Of a stretch of 64,000 nucleotides of DNA, positions 1 to 10,316 are shown one piece after another (the first letter of the stretch is position 1; every line of letters starts with the position of its first letter). The stretch lies in the NCBI GenBank assembly GCA_000091205.1, contig AP006502.2; one strand, 5' to 3'. The DNA is from Cyanidioschyzon merolae (taxonomy: Eukaryota). The position numbers and the translations under genes were made by a program. The notes below the pieces were generated by a model. It saw only the letters and a program-made list of their open reading frames with translations. It did no database searches and was not told the DNA's origin.

Positions 1-319
1 CGTCCAGAGAGGCTACGCTTCAGCGATCCCCGGTGATCATGTGTCCGTTGCTCTCTCTCTATTTGCGGTTTCGCATTGATGTGCGTTTGTGTGTATGTGT
101 ATCCCAATCGATCTTGTTCGGATGGTACGGCAGCAATACCACCATCATCATCGCCATCACCGCCAGCCGCAACAACAGCAGCAACGTTCCGCGACGCTTC
201 CTCGCAGCAGCGTCCTATGCAGAGCCATCCCCGCGAAACAAAGCACCGACCGTTGTGATCCCGAGCTTACCACAGCCGACTACGGAAGCGCAAACAACAA
301 GACGTGTCCAGCGCTATAC

Positions 320-1831
320 CTATTGGGAGCTGCTCAATTTCACCTGAAGCTTCACTAGGTTGCGTGGATCGTTTCCCCGAATGACCTCCAGAGTCACAAC
401 CTGGCCCGGTTTCTTCTCCTCGAGGACGCGGAACAGGTCTGCTTCGTTTCGGATCCGCTCACCGTCAAGACCGACAATAATATCACCGAGCTCCAACTGA
501 CCAAACGTGGAGCGACGCGTACCCTGGAGACCCGCTTTTGCGGCTTCGCTCCCTTGAGGAACGTCGAGAACAAGAACGCCCTCATTAATACCTAGAATCT
601 GCGCTTGGCTGCTCTCCAGGTACGAGATGCCTATCATCGGACGCGTTACCTTGCCGTATTTAATCAGGGTGTCTACCACTGTCTTCAGGGTATCGATGGG
701 AATGGCGAATCCCACACCAGCACTTGCGCCGCTCGGTGAGTAGATGGCTGTGGTCATGCCGATGACACGTCCTTGCGAGTCGAGAAGCGGTCCACCCGAA
801 TTACCCGGATTGATGGCGCTGTCGGTCTGTAGCACGTTCGTGATCGGTCGCCCAGTGGGTGAACGTATTTCCCGCCCCAGACCACTTATGATGCCTTGCG
901 TCATTGTCTCATTGAGTCCAAAAGGATTCCCGATTGCGTACGCTCGCTGACCTACATGTAATCCCGCCGAAGAGCCCAGGGTAACCGGACGAAGCGTCTC
1001 CGTTGGAGCGTCTATCTTGAGAACGGCCACGTCCTTGTCGGCATCGTAGCCCACCAGACGAGCCGGGTAGGTTTTCCCGTCGGCCATGGTCACCCGCGCA
1101 GCCTCCGCTTGGCGCACAACGTGAAAGTTGGTCACCACGTGACCGTCTTTGTCCCAGATAAAGCCTGAGCCGTTCCCAGACGGGACCTCCATGATATTCA
1201 AGGAGGAAAAGTCGCGTCGCTCGATCAACGTGGTGACCAGTACCACCGAGTCCCGGTTCCTTTCGAAAAGCGCAACTGTGGCTTTTTCCTCAGGACTCAG
1301 GTCGCTTTCCGTATACGTCGCTGACTGCGTTGCCGCGACCGCCTCAGTCACTGGAAGCACATAGTTCGGGGCACTGGGCAGCGAGAGCGCCGACACTGCA
1401 CTGTGATCGCCAGGTGCAACGCACCATAGGGCAGCACCAAGGAGACTCGCAAAAGTCCGACCCAAGCCTCGGCTCAGACAAGTTGAGCTCAAAGCGCGCA
1501 GGTGCTTCTGACTCGCTCTTAGTTTCCGAATCCCGGGCACTGTATCAGCAGTAGCAGTAGCAGTAGCACCAGCCGCAGCAGCACTCGTACCTGTCCGACC
1601 AGCTACACTCCCGCAGCGCAGCCTCGACATGAGGAAGCGACGAGGCAAAGCTCGCAGCTGCCACTGCTCCCGCACCACCGGCAACAGAAACCCCACGTTA
1701 AAAGCGTTGCTCGGGTTTCCTGAAGGTAACGTCTCGCGCTCCATAATACGCTGGGGTACGTCCGTATGCCAAGTGCAGGCACCGGATCGCCATGCAGTCA
1801 TCCATTCATCCATCTTGATCCCGATGCGCAT
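320..1831 (-). CDS. Deg/HtrA-family serine protease (trypsin-like domain plus C-terminal PDZ) with a long N-terminal S/T/A-rich extension that is probably an organellar targeting sequence
   Basis: Translation contains GNGSGFIWDKDGHVVTNFHVV (catalytic His region), the Asp region AVLKIDAP and GNSGGPLLD (catalytic Ser). The architecture and motifs match chloroplast Deg1/DegP-type proteases. ATG confirmed at 1829-1831 on the minus strand. An alternative internal ATG lies at 1628-1630 (MSRLRCGS...). The ~190 aa before the protease domain are low-complexity (AAAAGATATATAD encoded by a GCT/GCA repeat). Confidence 0.85.
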   Translation of the reverse strand: MRIGIKMDEWMTAWRSGACTWHTDVPQRIMERETLPSGNPSNAFNVGFLLPVVREQWQLRALPRRFLMSRLRCGSVAGRTGTSAAAAGATATATADTVPGIRKLRASQKHLRALSSTCLSRGLGRTFASLLGAALWCVAPGDHSAVSALSLPSAPNYVLPVTEAVAATQSATYTESDLSPEEKATVALFERNRDSVVLVTTLIERRDFSSLNIMEVPSGNGSGFIWDKDGHVVTNFHVVRQAEAARVTMADGKTYPARLVGYDADKDVAVLKIDAPTETLRPVTLGSSAGLHVGQRAYAIGNPFGLNETMTQGIISGLGREIRSPTGRPITNVLQTDSAINPGNSGGPLLDSQGRVIGMTTAIYSPSGASAGVGFAIPIDTLKTVVDTLIKYGKVTRPMIGISYLESSQAQILGINEGVLVLDVPQGSEAAKAGLQGTRRSTFGQLELGDIIVGLDGERIRNEADLFRVLEEKKPGQVVTLEVIRGNDPRNLVKLQVKLSSSQ

Positions 1832-2180
1832 TCAGATTCCGGGCGCGTTCGACGGCCCTCTGCTCGAGCGCGCGCAGAGGCACCTACTTCAGAAGCGGGG
1901 CCTGCGTCTAGGCGTCGCTTCGACCCGATGATTCCTTTGTGTTGAATGGGATTTTATATGGACCAGGGATCCCAGATTACGGGATGGGTATTGGCATTCG
2001 GGAAAGCGTCCATCACGCCCCAGCACACTGTCACGTTGCATCAACAAAGACGCCGACTGCTTCGTTTCGGAGCTAGATACAGGATGCATCGGCATCGACG
2101 GGTGATCATCGACATCCGTGAGCGCGTCCTGTGCGCTGCACTGTGCGTTGAAGATCCGCGACCACCAATGACGATAACGA

Positions 2181-3329
2181 ATGTTTGCGCTCGTAGACTC
2201 ATGCGGTGTGTGCGTACGTGTAGGTGTGTGTGTGTGTGTATGTGTGTGTGGGTGTACGCAGATGCATCACCAGCCGAGACTCGGTGGTAAACGAATCGGC
2301 ACTGGGAGCGTTTCCGGATCCCGCGCCTCCAAGTGCACCAGCACGCCGATCAGGGGCCAGTCCAACGGACTCGAGTCTCTGGTGGAGCACCGTGGTCGTT
2401 TCCGTAACTACCGATCGCCATCGCCAATATTCAGGAGATATCGATTTGATCCATGGATTGCATCAAATGCGTTTCGCGAGTCCACGGCGGGTGTGGATAC
2501 GGGGCAGTGCTGTGGCAGCGCGAGGGCGGCGACGCTGGCTGCCCGAGGATCCCCAATCATCGCTTCAGCGTTCGCTGCGCGTAAACGATGGATGGATGAA
2601 CAATGCTGTCAGATTCGTTGCTGTTGGTGTTCTTGGGTACTCATGCAACGTTTGCAGGCAAGGGAAATGATGGCAATCGAGCGTTCAGGTTGTAGCCGCG
2701 AACACACAGCGTTTGTACCAACTTTCTTGAAACCGAATTTCTCAACCTGCGTGCGTTCCAGAACGTGGAGTCTCACAGCTGAACGCGTGACTCGACAGGC
2801 ACGTTGCCCGGCCGGTGTACTTCCCGTCAAAAAACTGGGGCTTCGCTGTACACTGACAAAGTTCGAGCCCTTCACAGTCCGACCGAGTCTGAAGTTGCCG
2901 GTTACGGTTTTGGGGATTGCGGGTGTGCTCGCTGGGGCCGGTGGAGGTGCCGGCAAGGTTTTCGCTGTCCCTGTCGGCCTTCTTGGTGTTTTCCTTGTCG
3001 TGAACGCCGGCTTTCTGCTGAGGTTCCGTTTTGGGCCCGATGCGATAGAGGTCTGGAAACGGGGTGCAGCCGACTCCGTACAACCAACGGCTGGTGACGA
3101 TGCCGCGCTTCGGGGCTATCGTTACGTCCGCGGCTGGCACTACGACCGCATCGAATACTGGAAACTGTGGTGGCCGCGCTTTCCGGTATTGTTTTATTTT
3201 CGAGAATCGGAAAGTTACGATGGACGCGGGAGCATTCATTTTCTACCGGTCGTTTTCGACGCCCAACAGTGGTTGCGGGGCTTCTCGGAGCGCACGCAAC
3301 GAAAAGACTCGGGGCGTTTTCGGTACTGA
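2181..3329 (+). CDS. Hypothetical membrane protein. The conserved C-terminal region is (W/Y/R)-rich and preceded by predicted TM helices. The true start is probably internal (ATG at 2592, 2643 or 2667).
   Basis: ORF of 382 aa, but the first ~30 codons are translation of a (GT)n microsatellite (CVCVCVCV) and unlikely to be coding. From about residue 160 there is a plausible targeting-like N-terminus, then hydrophobic segments (LPVTVLGIAGVLAGAGGGAG, VPVGLLGVFLVVNAGFLL), then a conserved-looking block DAIEVWKRG...YRYVRGWHYDRIEYWKLWWPRFPVLFYFRESESYDGRGSIHFLPVVFDAQQW. I cannot name the family with confidence. It may be a cyanobacterial/plastid-lineage DUF. Confidence 0.35.
   Translation: MFALVDSCGVCVRVGVCVCVCVCGCTQMHHQPRLGGKRIGTGSVSGSRASKCTSTPIRGQSNGLESLVEHRGRFRNYRSPSPIFRRYRFDPWIASNAFRESTAGVDTGQCCGSARAATLAARGSPIIASAFAARKRWMDEQCCQIRCCWCSWVLMQRLQAREMMAIERSGCSREHTAFVPTFLKPNFSTCVRSRTWSLTAERVTRQARCPAGVLPVKKLGLRCTLTKFEPFTVRPSLKLPVTVLGIAGVLAGAGGGAGKVFAVPVGLLGVFLVVNAGFLLRFRFGPDAIEVWKRGAADSVQPTAGDDAALRGYRYVRGWHYDRIEYWKLWWPRFPVLFYFRESESYDGRGSIHFLPVVFDAQQWLRGFSERTQRKDSGRFRY
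2205..2258. repeat. (GT)n dinucleotide microsatellite in the divergent intergenic region between the Deg protease and the hypothetical membrane protein
   Basis: gtgtgtgcgtacgtgtaggtgtgtgtgtgtgtgtatgtgtgtgtgggtgtacg read directly. Confidence 0.9.
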
Positions 3330-4695
3330 GCATGCGGTATACATGGAGTCGTGCCGCCAACGCGTCTGCGCCTCGTTGTCATGCTTGCACATATGCATCA
3401 GGTTGAGGGCTGGTCGTCCGCGCTAGTGCAGTGCGAACAGCGCGAACCGGCACGCTGCTCACTGTACACGAAGTGATAGCATCGATGGGTGCTCTGCAGA
3501 TGCATCAGCGGTGCATTTGCCCAGGCGTCGGGATACGTTGCGCTCAGCATCGCTGGTGTCGAAGATCACCCAAGCGTCTCCCCGAAAGCAGTGTTTCATC
3601 TGCGGACTTTTTGTTTGGAGTGCCGTTGCTTCTCAACGCTTGTCAAGGTGAGTTGTATAAAGATCACGGGAATCACGTGTTCTGATTGTAAACAGATCCA
3701 GAATAACAAACGCAGACTTATCACTAGCGCTATAGACGTCCTGTGCACGCCTGAGCGTACGAAGCGCACGCGATTCGTAGAAGCAGCGTCCGTGCTTTGC
3801 AACGCTAGGGCATCCTGAGCGCGTGTACACCCATAGAGGCATGCCTCTATGCAATTGTACACAGCATACATACATACACGAACGTCGCTTTGCGCTGTCG
3901 ACGCGAACGATGCATTGTGACGTACGCCGAAGTGTATGTGTGTGTCTAAACGTCTGTATATGTATGTATGTTTGTACGAGAATTGCGTGCACTTGATAAA
4001 CAGCGCGGTACAGGCGGATGTGTTGCATCCGCTGGCATCAGCTGAGGAGGTCACCGCCCCAGCACGTGATCTACCCATGGACGCCGCGTGGAAAGGCCCG
4101 TGCAATGCTAGTGCAACCTGAGCGTTCTCTTACAGGGGCACAGCATATACACCACCCGGGGTCCGCCAGATACGCATCCAGCGTTCCTGGAAGAGGGCGC
4201 ATGCGCGTTGCGCGAAGACCTTATCGAGACGGGGTTTTCCCTTTTGTGCCAGTCGGAAAATCCGAGAGTCGTTGACCAAAAAACATCTCCTGGCGACAGC
4301 AGCGGATACGTCAGGCATATCCAGCGTACGCTTCACCCGTCAGCGATATCAAGTGCTGCACCAGGTATACCGCAGCGTTGGCACCTCTGCAGCCGCCTTT
4401 CAGGCGATACATAGAACGCGTCCCTGTGGCAAGGCGCCGGAGCGCGATACGCGAAGCGATATTGCATTTCCAGGCTTATCCGGAGATCGACTTTGGAGCA
4501 CGCGGGACTGCGGATCAGTTGACTGGTTGGGTTTTGGGGCTGGTTGTTGGATTCCATTCTCCACGGCGTTGTGCCCAGGGTGCAGTGCACGTGCTGGCGG
4601 TAGCGCCCAGGCGTTCCCTGCTTGGTCCGACGTGGCAGGCGTCGCACTCGCTGCACCGCTGCCTGCGAGAACGCACGGACGTGTCGCTCCCGAAC

Positions 4696-5985
4696 ATGGG
4701 ACAGTGCCTGAGCTGCACCCGAGCTAGGGGTCACCGCCGTGCTAACTTTGCCCCGACGGTAGCGGCAGACGGTACATCGACCGGCACGGGGGAGCAGGAG
4801 GAACCAGAGGAGGAGGAAGAGGCCGAGTCGCTCCTTTTCCCTCGCTTCAGTCGGGCAAAGGTGGACACTGAGAGCGTTGCACGCTTGCTTGATGACTCCA
4901 AGGCGGACGCAAAGGCTCGTATGGAACAGAGCCTGAAAACAGAGAGCAAGCGCGAGCGTTCCTCTACCCACAGCTCGTACACAGACGCGCAAGAAGAGTC
5001 GCAGGGGTCGTTTCGTCTCTCGAGAAGCACAAGCCGCTCCTTTTCGACGTCATCCGAAGTTGATGCCCTCAAGAGCACGCTCGCTGACCTGGAGGAACAG
5101 GTGAGCGTGGTCGAGTCTGAGGACGATGCCATTGAACTGCTCTGTCATATGGCGGATCTGCGACGAGAGATGCAGATCGTCGCAGCGCTCCGACACCCGC
5201 ATCGCGCCCAGAAGATTCACAGTTTGCTCATTCGTCTGGAATCCTTGATTCATCGCTTGCAGGCGTACGTGCTGCGGAGTCCTTCTCCTGATGGCTTTCG
5301 TCGAGTCCGTGAAAGCAGCCGAGGCGTCCTCTTCCAGCGCGGTGCTGCAGCTCGAGTGCGGCCAGTCACAGAAAGGGAACGTCACGCTTTACCCCATCGG
5401 TATCTGAGTTTCAACAGCGCCACTTTTTACGATTCGGGGGCCGTTCTTAAGAGGGAATCAACGGTGCGAGACCAGTCGGGGCAGCTGCGTATCGATCCAA
5501 CGCGTGGTGACGGCCGTTGCCTCTTCCGTTCGGTAGTACGGGGTCTTGCATTCTACGCAGGCCTCTACCCCGGGTCGAAATGGTCGGAACGACGTGAACG
5601 GCGCGAAGCAGATATCTTGCGATATCTCTGCGTACGAGAGATGCGAAAGCATCGAGACCTGTTTCTGAGAGACCAGGTCGTTGAAGAAGACTTTGATGAA
5701 CATCTGCGACGCCTCGTGCACAGTGATGAGTTCGCTGGCGAACCCGAGTTGCTCATTCTGGGACCGCTCTTACAGACACCAATCTGTGTCTATATGAGCA
5801 CGGGAGATCAAGCGGACGCCAATGCTGCTAGAAGCTCGTCCAATGAACGGACCAAGTCGAGTGATCTATTTCTGGTTGCCGTCTATGGTCGCAGTTTCAT
5901 CGCTGAACCTGTGAGTTTGCGGTATCAATCGATGCATTATGATCTGCTGCTTCCGCGAAGCGATCATGAACTCGGGAAAACTTAG
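4696..5985 (+). CDS. OTU-domain cysteine protease (deubiquitinase-like) with an N-terminal myristoylation/palmitoylation-type motif (MGQCLSC) and an acidic, Ser-rich central region
   Basis: OTU Cys-box DPTRGDGRCLFRSVV (D-G-x-C-L-F-R pattern) and His-box ...RYQSMHYDLLLP near the C-terminus. The longest ORF begins at 4378, but its first ATG in a good context that gives an MG start is at 4696-4698 (MGQCLSCTRARG: Gly2, Ser6, Cys4/Cys7). There is a Glu-rich stretch EEPEEEEEAE. Confidence 0.75.
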   Translation: MGQCLSCTRARGHRRANFAPTVAADGTSTGTGEQEEPEEEEEAESLLFPRFSRAKVDTESVARLLDDSKADAKARMEQSLKTESKRERSSTHSSYTDAQEESQGSFRLSRSTSRSFSTSSEVDALKSTLADLEEQVSVVESEDDAIELLCHMADLRREMQIVAALRHPHRAQKIHSLLIRLESLIHRLQAYVLRSPSPDGFRRVRESSRGVLFQRGAAARVRPVTERERHALPHRYLSFNSATFYDSGAVLKRESTVRDQSGQLRIDPTRGDGRCLFRSVVRGLAFYAGLYPGSKWSERRERREADILRYLCVREMRKHRDLFLRDQVVEEDFDEHLRRLVHSDEFAGEPELLILGPLLQTPICVYMSTGDQADANAARSSSNERTKSSDLFLVAVYGRSFIAEPVSLRYQSMHYDLLLPRSDHELGKT

Positions 5986-6295
5986 ACTCGCAAGAGCGCG
6001 ACTGCTGCGCAACGTTCGTGCTTGCAAGGTAGTTGCAGGCGCGGGACGAAGCCGCTAGACTCGTCCGCAAAAGCGCGGCAAAGCGCGGTTTTCATCGGTT
6101 TGTGCGTTGCGCCTTGCACGTTTCGTTGCGAGGGATGCTCAGCGACTTACAGGAAAGGATTTTTCCGAAACCCTGTAAGCAATCAGCAATGAAAAGCGTG
6201 GGGTTTAGGCGCCAGCGTGCATACGTCAGCGCTTTGCGATCAGTGGCACGGCGTTTATCCAAGACACCAGATGAGGTCGGGAAATCAGATTCTCA

Positions 6296-8989
6296 TCAAG
6301 ACATAAGCCACTGGGATACGCATTCCTCAAGCACTCGAGCTGCTCGCTGGATTGCCGCTGCAGTAGCCGCCAGGCCCTGCGAAGCATTTGTCGCCGTCGA
6401 GCCGTACAAGAACGGAAACGCAACCGCGCTGTAGCCCTTGTCGGGATGCGGTGCAACGGCTGTGTGGCGATACCAAGAACGACCAGGAATACCGTCCGAG
6501 TGGATGAGTGCGCGTTCCACGTTCATGAGCGCCTGGTTCAGCGCTGCGTACTTGGCAACGTCCCGGTCCAGGAGGCGACGACTAGCGCGGTCCGAAAGCG
6601 CCGCACGACACTCGCGCAGTGCCCAGCATTGCGCAACCGTGAGCATCCGCTGTGCCGAAAACCTCTGCGCAGCGCCTGCGAATGCATCCATCGCTGGCTG
6701 CAGTTGCTGCTGCACGACACTGAGAAGGTCTGGGCGGCTTGTCTCTAGCAGCCGCAGATGATAGCGCAACCAGTGTGCGTAGTCTGTGACATTCATCGGC
6801 AGCAGAGGCGCATCGACCAGATCCAAGAGCAGCGTGCTCACCAGCTGCGTCGCAACAAGATGCAGTCGGAAATCCGGATCCGTGAAGCCAAGGAAGTACG
6901 CTTCGTCGTCGTAGATTGAGTGGTACACTGGATACGACGGGTGATCAAGCTCATCGAAACCGATGTCGAGGCTGCTGACCCCCGCATGGTGCAGAAAAGC
7001 GGTATGATCGCTACCGCCTCCCAGAAGATCCAGGAGCGGTATCCAGTTCGCAGTCGCTGCCCGATTGTGCAGCGGACCTGGAGGCTCGTCTCGAAAGTCC
7101 GTACCAAGATGGGGCGCCTCGTTCGGCGAGCTTCGCTGAAGCGCTCGCTCCGAATCAATTGCCTGCTGTCGACGAGCTTTCCAGTCCTCTACCAAAGCCT
7201 TCGATGTGATTGGATCCGTGAGACCACGCATAGCCTGCTCAGCAGCCTGCGTGAGCAGCGGAGAACCCGCAAGACCCAGTCGAGCAGTAGAACCGCTCAC
7301 AATCACATCCGCGTTCACGTAGACGAGTGTGCGTCCCCGAATACGACTCTCTAGATTGGTTTCCACGTGTTCCACCGATCCAATGGTGCCCCATTCCTCG
7401 GCATCCCATGAGGCGAAAACTAGAGTTCTGCGTGGTCGCCATCCGCGTCGTAGAAGCGCTCCAAACGCTCGAACGCTTTCCATCTGCACCAGGGTGCCGG
7501 TATGCGGATCTACAGCGCCATAGATCCAGGCATCATGATGATTCCCAAAGACAATCTCTTTGTCACTCTCCAGGTCGCCATGCGCGCCCGGTATCACGCC
7601 AATGACGTTGTAAATCGGTTTCAACGCGTACTCGTGGACAACCTCAAGATCAAGACGCACGTCATCGTTTCCGCTGAGAACGTAGAGCTTCGAATCCAGG
7701 CCGCCGCGGAAGGCCTCCGGTGCCGTCATCAACGATACCAGGGTATCGTTCTTGGAACCGGCCCGCTGCCAAGACTCGTGCATGCGACGGAAGAGGATCT
7801 CAGCACCAGCAGCCGATATTGGTACCGAGGGAATCGAAGGCAGGCAAGACTCGCGCACAGCCGCCTCGTAGGTGCGTCGCGGGGCCGCCTCTGTCGACCC
7901 GTAGCCCGGTGTTGACGGATCCCCGACACAAAGTGCATTAAACTGGACAGAGCCGCGCTGGACGGCCTTTGCTGGCCGCCAGGGTCCGTCGGGATACGTC
8001 GACCCGCGTGCTGCCCCGTCATCCCCGGGGTCCGAGTAAATGAGCACGGCAGCTGCCTGCCGGACTTGTGCGTGGAATACTTTCAAACCGCGGAAGAGTT
8101 GCCCGTAGCGAACGAGTACGACCTTTCCCGAGACGTTGATCCCTCGGCGCTCCAGTTCCGCGTAGTCCTCTGGACGACCATAGTTCACGTAGACAATGGG
8201 CGCTGAGCGAACCTTTCCCGATGCAGCATAGCCGTGGAACGTGGTAGCGTTCGACACTGCCTCGGTCGCAGCGTCTCCGCGGATGCTCGGCTCGGTGAGA
8301 TCCATGATAGAGGTTTCCGGTGCGCTGGGGTCGGTTTCACTCCAGCGAATGACGAGATGAGATGGTTGACTGCCCAGGAGCACCTGAAACGTCTCTATCT
8401 GAGCCGGGATTCCCGCAGCAACCCACTCGTCGCGAATCAGCTCTGCAGTGCGCTTTGCGGCATGTGTTCCGCTCATATGCGGCTCGGACGTCAGCCGATG
8501 CAGCAAGTTTCGCATACGTTTCGGGTCCGGTGCACGCAGGAGCAACGCATGCCAGTATGGATGTCCCATGAACTGCGCTTTTTGCGACAACGCATCTGTG
8601 GGGGCGTCGGTCGGTACGCGCTCGCCACTTGAGCTCCAGCGCGATAACAGAAGGAGCACGAGCGACAACGCCAGCGCACCGAGCGCTGTGTACGCCCATA
8701 TTCGCCAGTGGTCTCGAATGCACCAGAAAACCCGGCTCTTTAACGACTCACGGAAGGGGTTCCCGCTCAAGCGACTCCGACGCTTGGGATGACGTACAGC
8801 GACAGCGCCGCGCTCTGTGCTGTCTTCTTCGTTCCGCCGAAAAAACGGGAGTCGATCCTGAACCACTTCCTCGTGCTCCGCGGACTCCACGTCCATAACA
8901 AAGTCATCAATGATCTGCTCATCGTCGCTGAGCTCTCCGAGTGTAGTCTGGAGCCCAGCGCTCTCCGTAGACGCACCCTCGGCAGGCAT
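6296..8989 (-). CDS. Glutamate carboxypeptidase II / transferrin-receptor-family protein (M28B peptidase with PA domain and TfR-like dimerisation domain), type II membrane topology
   Basis: N-terminal cytoplasmic tail, then a single TM (IWAYTALGALALSLVLLLLS). PA-domain-like block VYVNYGRPEDYAELERRGINVSGKVVLVRYG...AAVLIYSDP. M28 zinc-ligand blocks GNHHDAW, ASWDAEEWGTIGS, GGGSDHTAF. C-terminal helical dimerisation region. ATG confirmed at 8987-8989 on the minus strand. This is the same family as plant AMP1, PSMA and NAALADase. Confidence 0.85.
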   Translation of the reverse strand: MPAEGASTESAGLQTTLGELSDDEQIIDDFVMDVESAEHEEVVQDRLPFFRRNEEDSTERGAVAVRHPKRRSRLSGNPFRESLKSRVFWCIRDHWRIWAYTALGALALSLVLLLLSRWSSSGERVPTDAPTDALSQKAQFMGHPYWHALLLRAPDPKRMRNLLHRLTSEPHMSGTHAAKRTAELIRDEWVAAGIPAQIETFQVLLGSQPSHLVIRWSETDPSAPETSIMDLTEPSIRGDAATEAVSNATTFHGYAASGKVRSAPIVYVNYGRPEDYAELERRGINVSGKVVLVRYGQLFRGLKVFHAQVRQAAAVLIYSDPGDDGAARGSTYPDGPWRPAKAVQRGSVQFNALCVGDPSTPGYGSTEAAPRRTYEAAVRESCLPSIPSVPISAAGAEILFRRMHESWQRAGSKNDTLVSLMTAPEAFRGGLDSKLYVLSGNDDVRLDLEVVHEYALKPIYNVIGVIPGAHGDLESDKEIVFGNHHDAWIYGAVDPHTGTLVQMESVRAFGALLRRGWRPRRTLVFASWDAEEWGTIGSVEHVETNLESRIRGRTLVYVNADVIVSGSTARLGLAGSPLLTQAAEQAMRGLTDPITSKALVEDWKARRQQAIDSERALQRSSPNEAPHLGTDFRDEPPGPLHNRAATANWIPLLDLLGGGSDHTAFLHHAGVSSLDIGFDELDHPSYPVYHSIYDDEAYFLGFTDPDFRLHLVATQLVSTLLLDLVDAPLLPMNVTDYAHWLRYHLRLLETSRPDLLSVVQQQLQPAMDAFAGAAQRFSAQRMLTVAQCWALRECRAALSDRASRRLLDRDVAKYAALNQALMNVERALIHSDGIPGRSWYRHTAVAPHPDKGYSAVAFPFLYGSTATNASQGLAATAAAIQRAARVLEECVSQWLMS

Positions 8990-9212
8990 GAACCAAGCCT
9001 ACACCAGACCCAACGTCGTACTGCACTCTAGTGGACTGTACTGTATTACACTGTACTGGACTGCCTTTTTAGGCGCTGTTGCGCTCGCCGATCGTGCCGG
9101 AAGAGAAGCAAACGCGGCAAGGGGTGCGCGTACTCACCAGCAGCCTAGCAGCGGATCGAATCGGTGGCACTGCTGGTAGCCGGTATCGTCCTCGATGTCG
9201 CTGCTTGTTACT

Positions 9213-9433
9213 GGTGTTCAGAGACAGGGCGTTTATTCCGTTGTGTTTCATGGCGTCGAGTCTATGCGTCGAGCTAGAGATGCATTGAATACGGGACGGG
9301 TCCTGATGTTCATAAACAGAGCGTTTATTCCGTTGCGTTTCATGGCGTCGAGTCTATGCGTCGAGCTAGAGATGCATTGAATACGGGACGGGTCCTGATG
9401 TTCAGGGATATTGCATTTATTCCGTTCATCCGG
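9213..9433. repeat. Tandem repeat, 92-bp unit x ~2.3, in the 5' flank (about 230-440 bp upstream) of the GCPII-like gene
   Basis: The unit agggcgtttattccgttgtgtttcatggcgtcgagtctatgcgtcgagctagagatgcattgaatacgggacgggtcctgatgttca recurs at 9229 and 9321 with 1-2 mismatches. A third, truncated copy runs 9405-9433. Overlapping ORFs 9079..9288 and 9195..9380 end in the identical peptide RAFIPLCFMASSLCVELEMH because of this duplication. Confidence 0.9.
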
Positions 9434-10316
9434 TCATTCTAGGGGTATCTTGAATCAATTCTAGATCACGGCACCAGACAAGAGAGTCTCCAAGGTGAAA
9501 CTCTTGCGTGATCCCGGGCGTGTAGACGTGTCCGCGCAGCAGCTCCTTCTACAATACCGCATCGAAGGACCAACTCTTCTGTTCGGATTTGTGGTGGTAT
9601 GAGCACACGAGTCACAGCATAAAAGACCGCTTCCGCTGCATAAAAAGATGGGACAGTTATCGTAGAATAAGTCCCGACGCTAGATCTATGTAAAAGTAAA
9701 CCCTGAAAGAGCTTCCGATTTACGTACTGAACTACCCACTTACGGGCTCTCCGACGAACGCACGCAACTTATTACCAACGGGTGCCTGGCCAGTGATTAT
9801 TCGGTCACGAGAGGACCTCTCTGGTGCTCATCTGGGCGTCATGCATATCCGTGAAGAACAGGTGCGTCAGGTTATCCGAGGCTACGAGATCAGTGCGCCT
9901 GAACAGGCGCCCTCGCGAAAACCGAGCGTGCTTATGGTAACACTGGAAGAGGCCAAGGCTCCTGCGCAAATGCTTCTAGGTTCCGAAAATGCAGCCCAAT
10001 CTTTGTCGTTCTAAGAGCGCTCGAGTGATGCAGGGCTCACGGGCACCGAACATGTCATGCGCGTTTGCGGCATATTGTACACCCAAGTCAGGAAAACATA
10101 GAAGAGCTCCACGCACTTACCGTGGACGTATGTATTGAGGTTTGGGCGGCTTAACACGCTTATCAACACCAACTGTTACAGGCTGGTTCTGTGACTGCTT
10201 CTTATTCTCTCTCTCTCTTGTATACAGCTTTGCATTTGCCAGTCTATCGTTTTCCATCAGCATCATTGCAACCAGTCGAGAGATGCTAATGGCAGCTATA
10301 AAGTCAAGATTGCACA

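Noticed and set aside
33-358. Overlapping plus-strand ORFs at the left edge encoding His/Gln-rich or Thr/Ile-rich peptides (HHHHRHHRQPQQQQQ)
   Set aside because: They are translations of a CAT/CAC/CAG trinucleotide-rich tract in different frames, start with GTG or lie at the window edge, and overlap the 3' end of the Deg protease gene. There is no motif support. A gene entering from off-window cannot be excluded.
3645-4134. Canonical-looking splice donor (caagGTGAGTtg at 3645-3654) and acceptor (ttctcttacAGggg at ~4122-4134) pair, ~480 nt apart, upstream of the OTU gene
   Set aside because: The region has no convincing flanking exons (ORF 3489..3818 has no homology). All confident genes here are intronless, and GTGAGT / pyrimidine-run-CAG occur by chance. 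It is worth checking only if RNA-seq shows a spliced 5'-UTR for the OTU gene.
4333-4992. 219-aa minus-strand ORF overlapping the OTU gene
   Set aside because: Antisense to a well-supported OTU-domain CDS. GC-rich coding regions routinely show long antisense ORFs. No motifs.
6438-8632. Numerous 60-150-aa ORFs on both strands inside the GCPII-like gene (for example 6920..7354, 7502..7915, 8234..8632)
   Set aside because: Shadow ORFs of a 2.7-kb conserved CDS.
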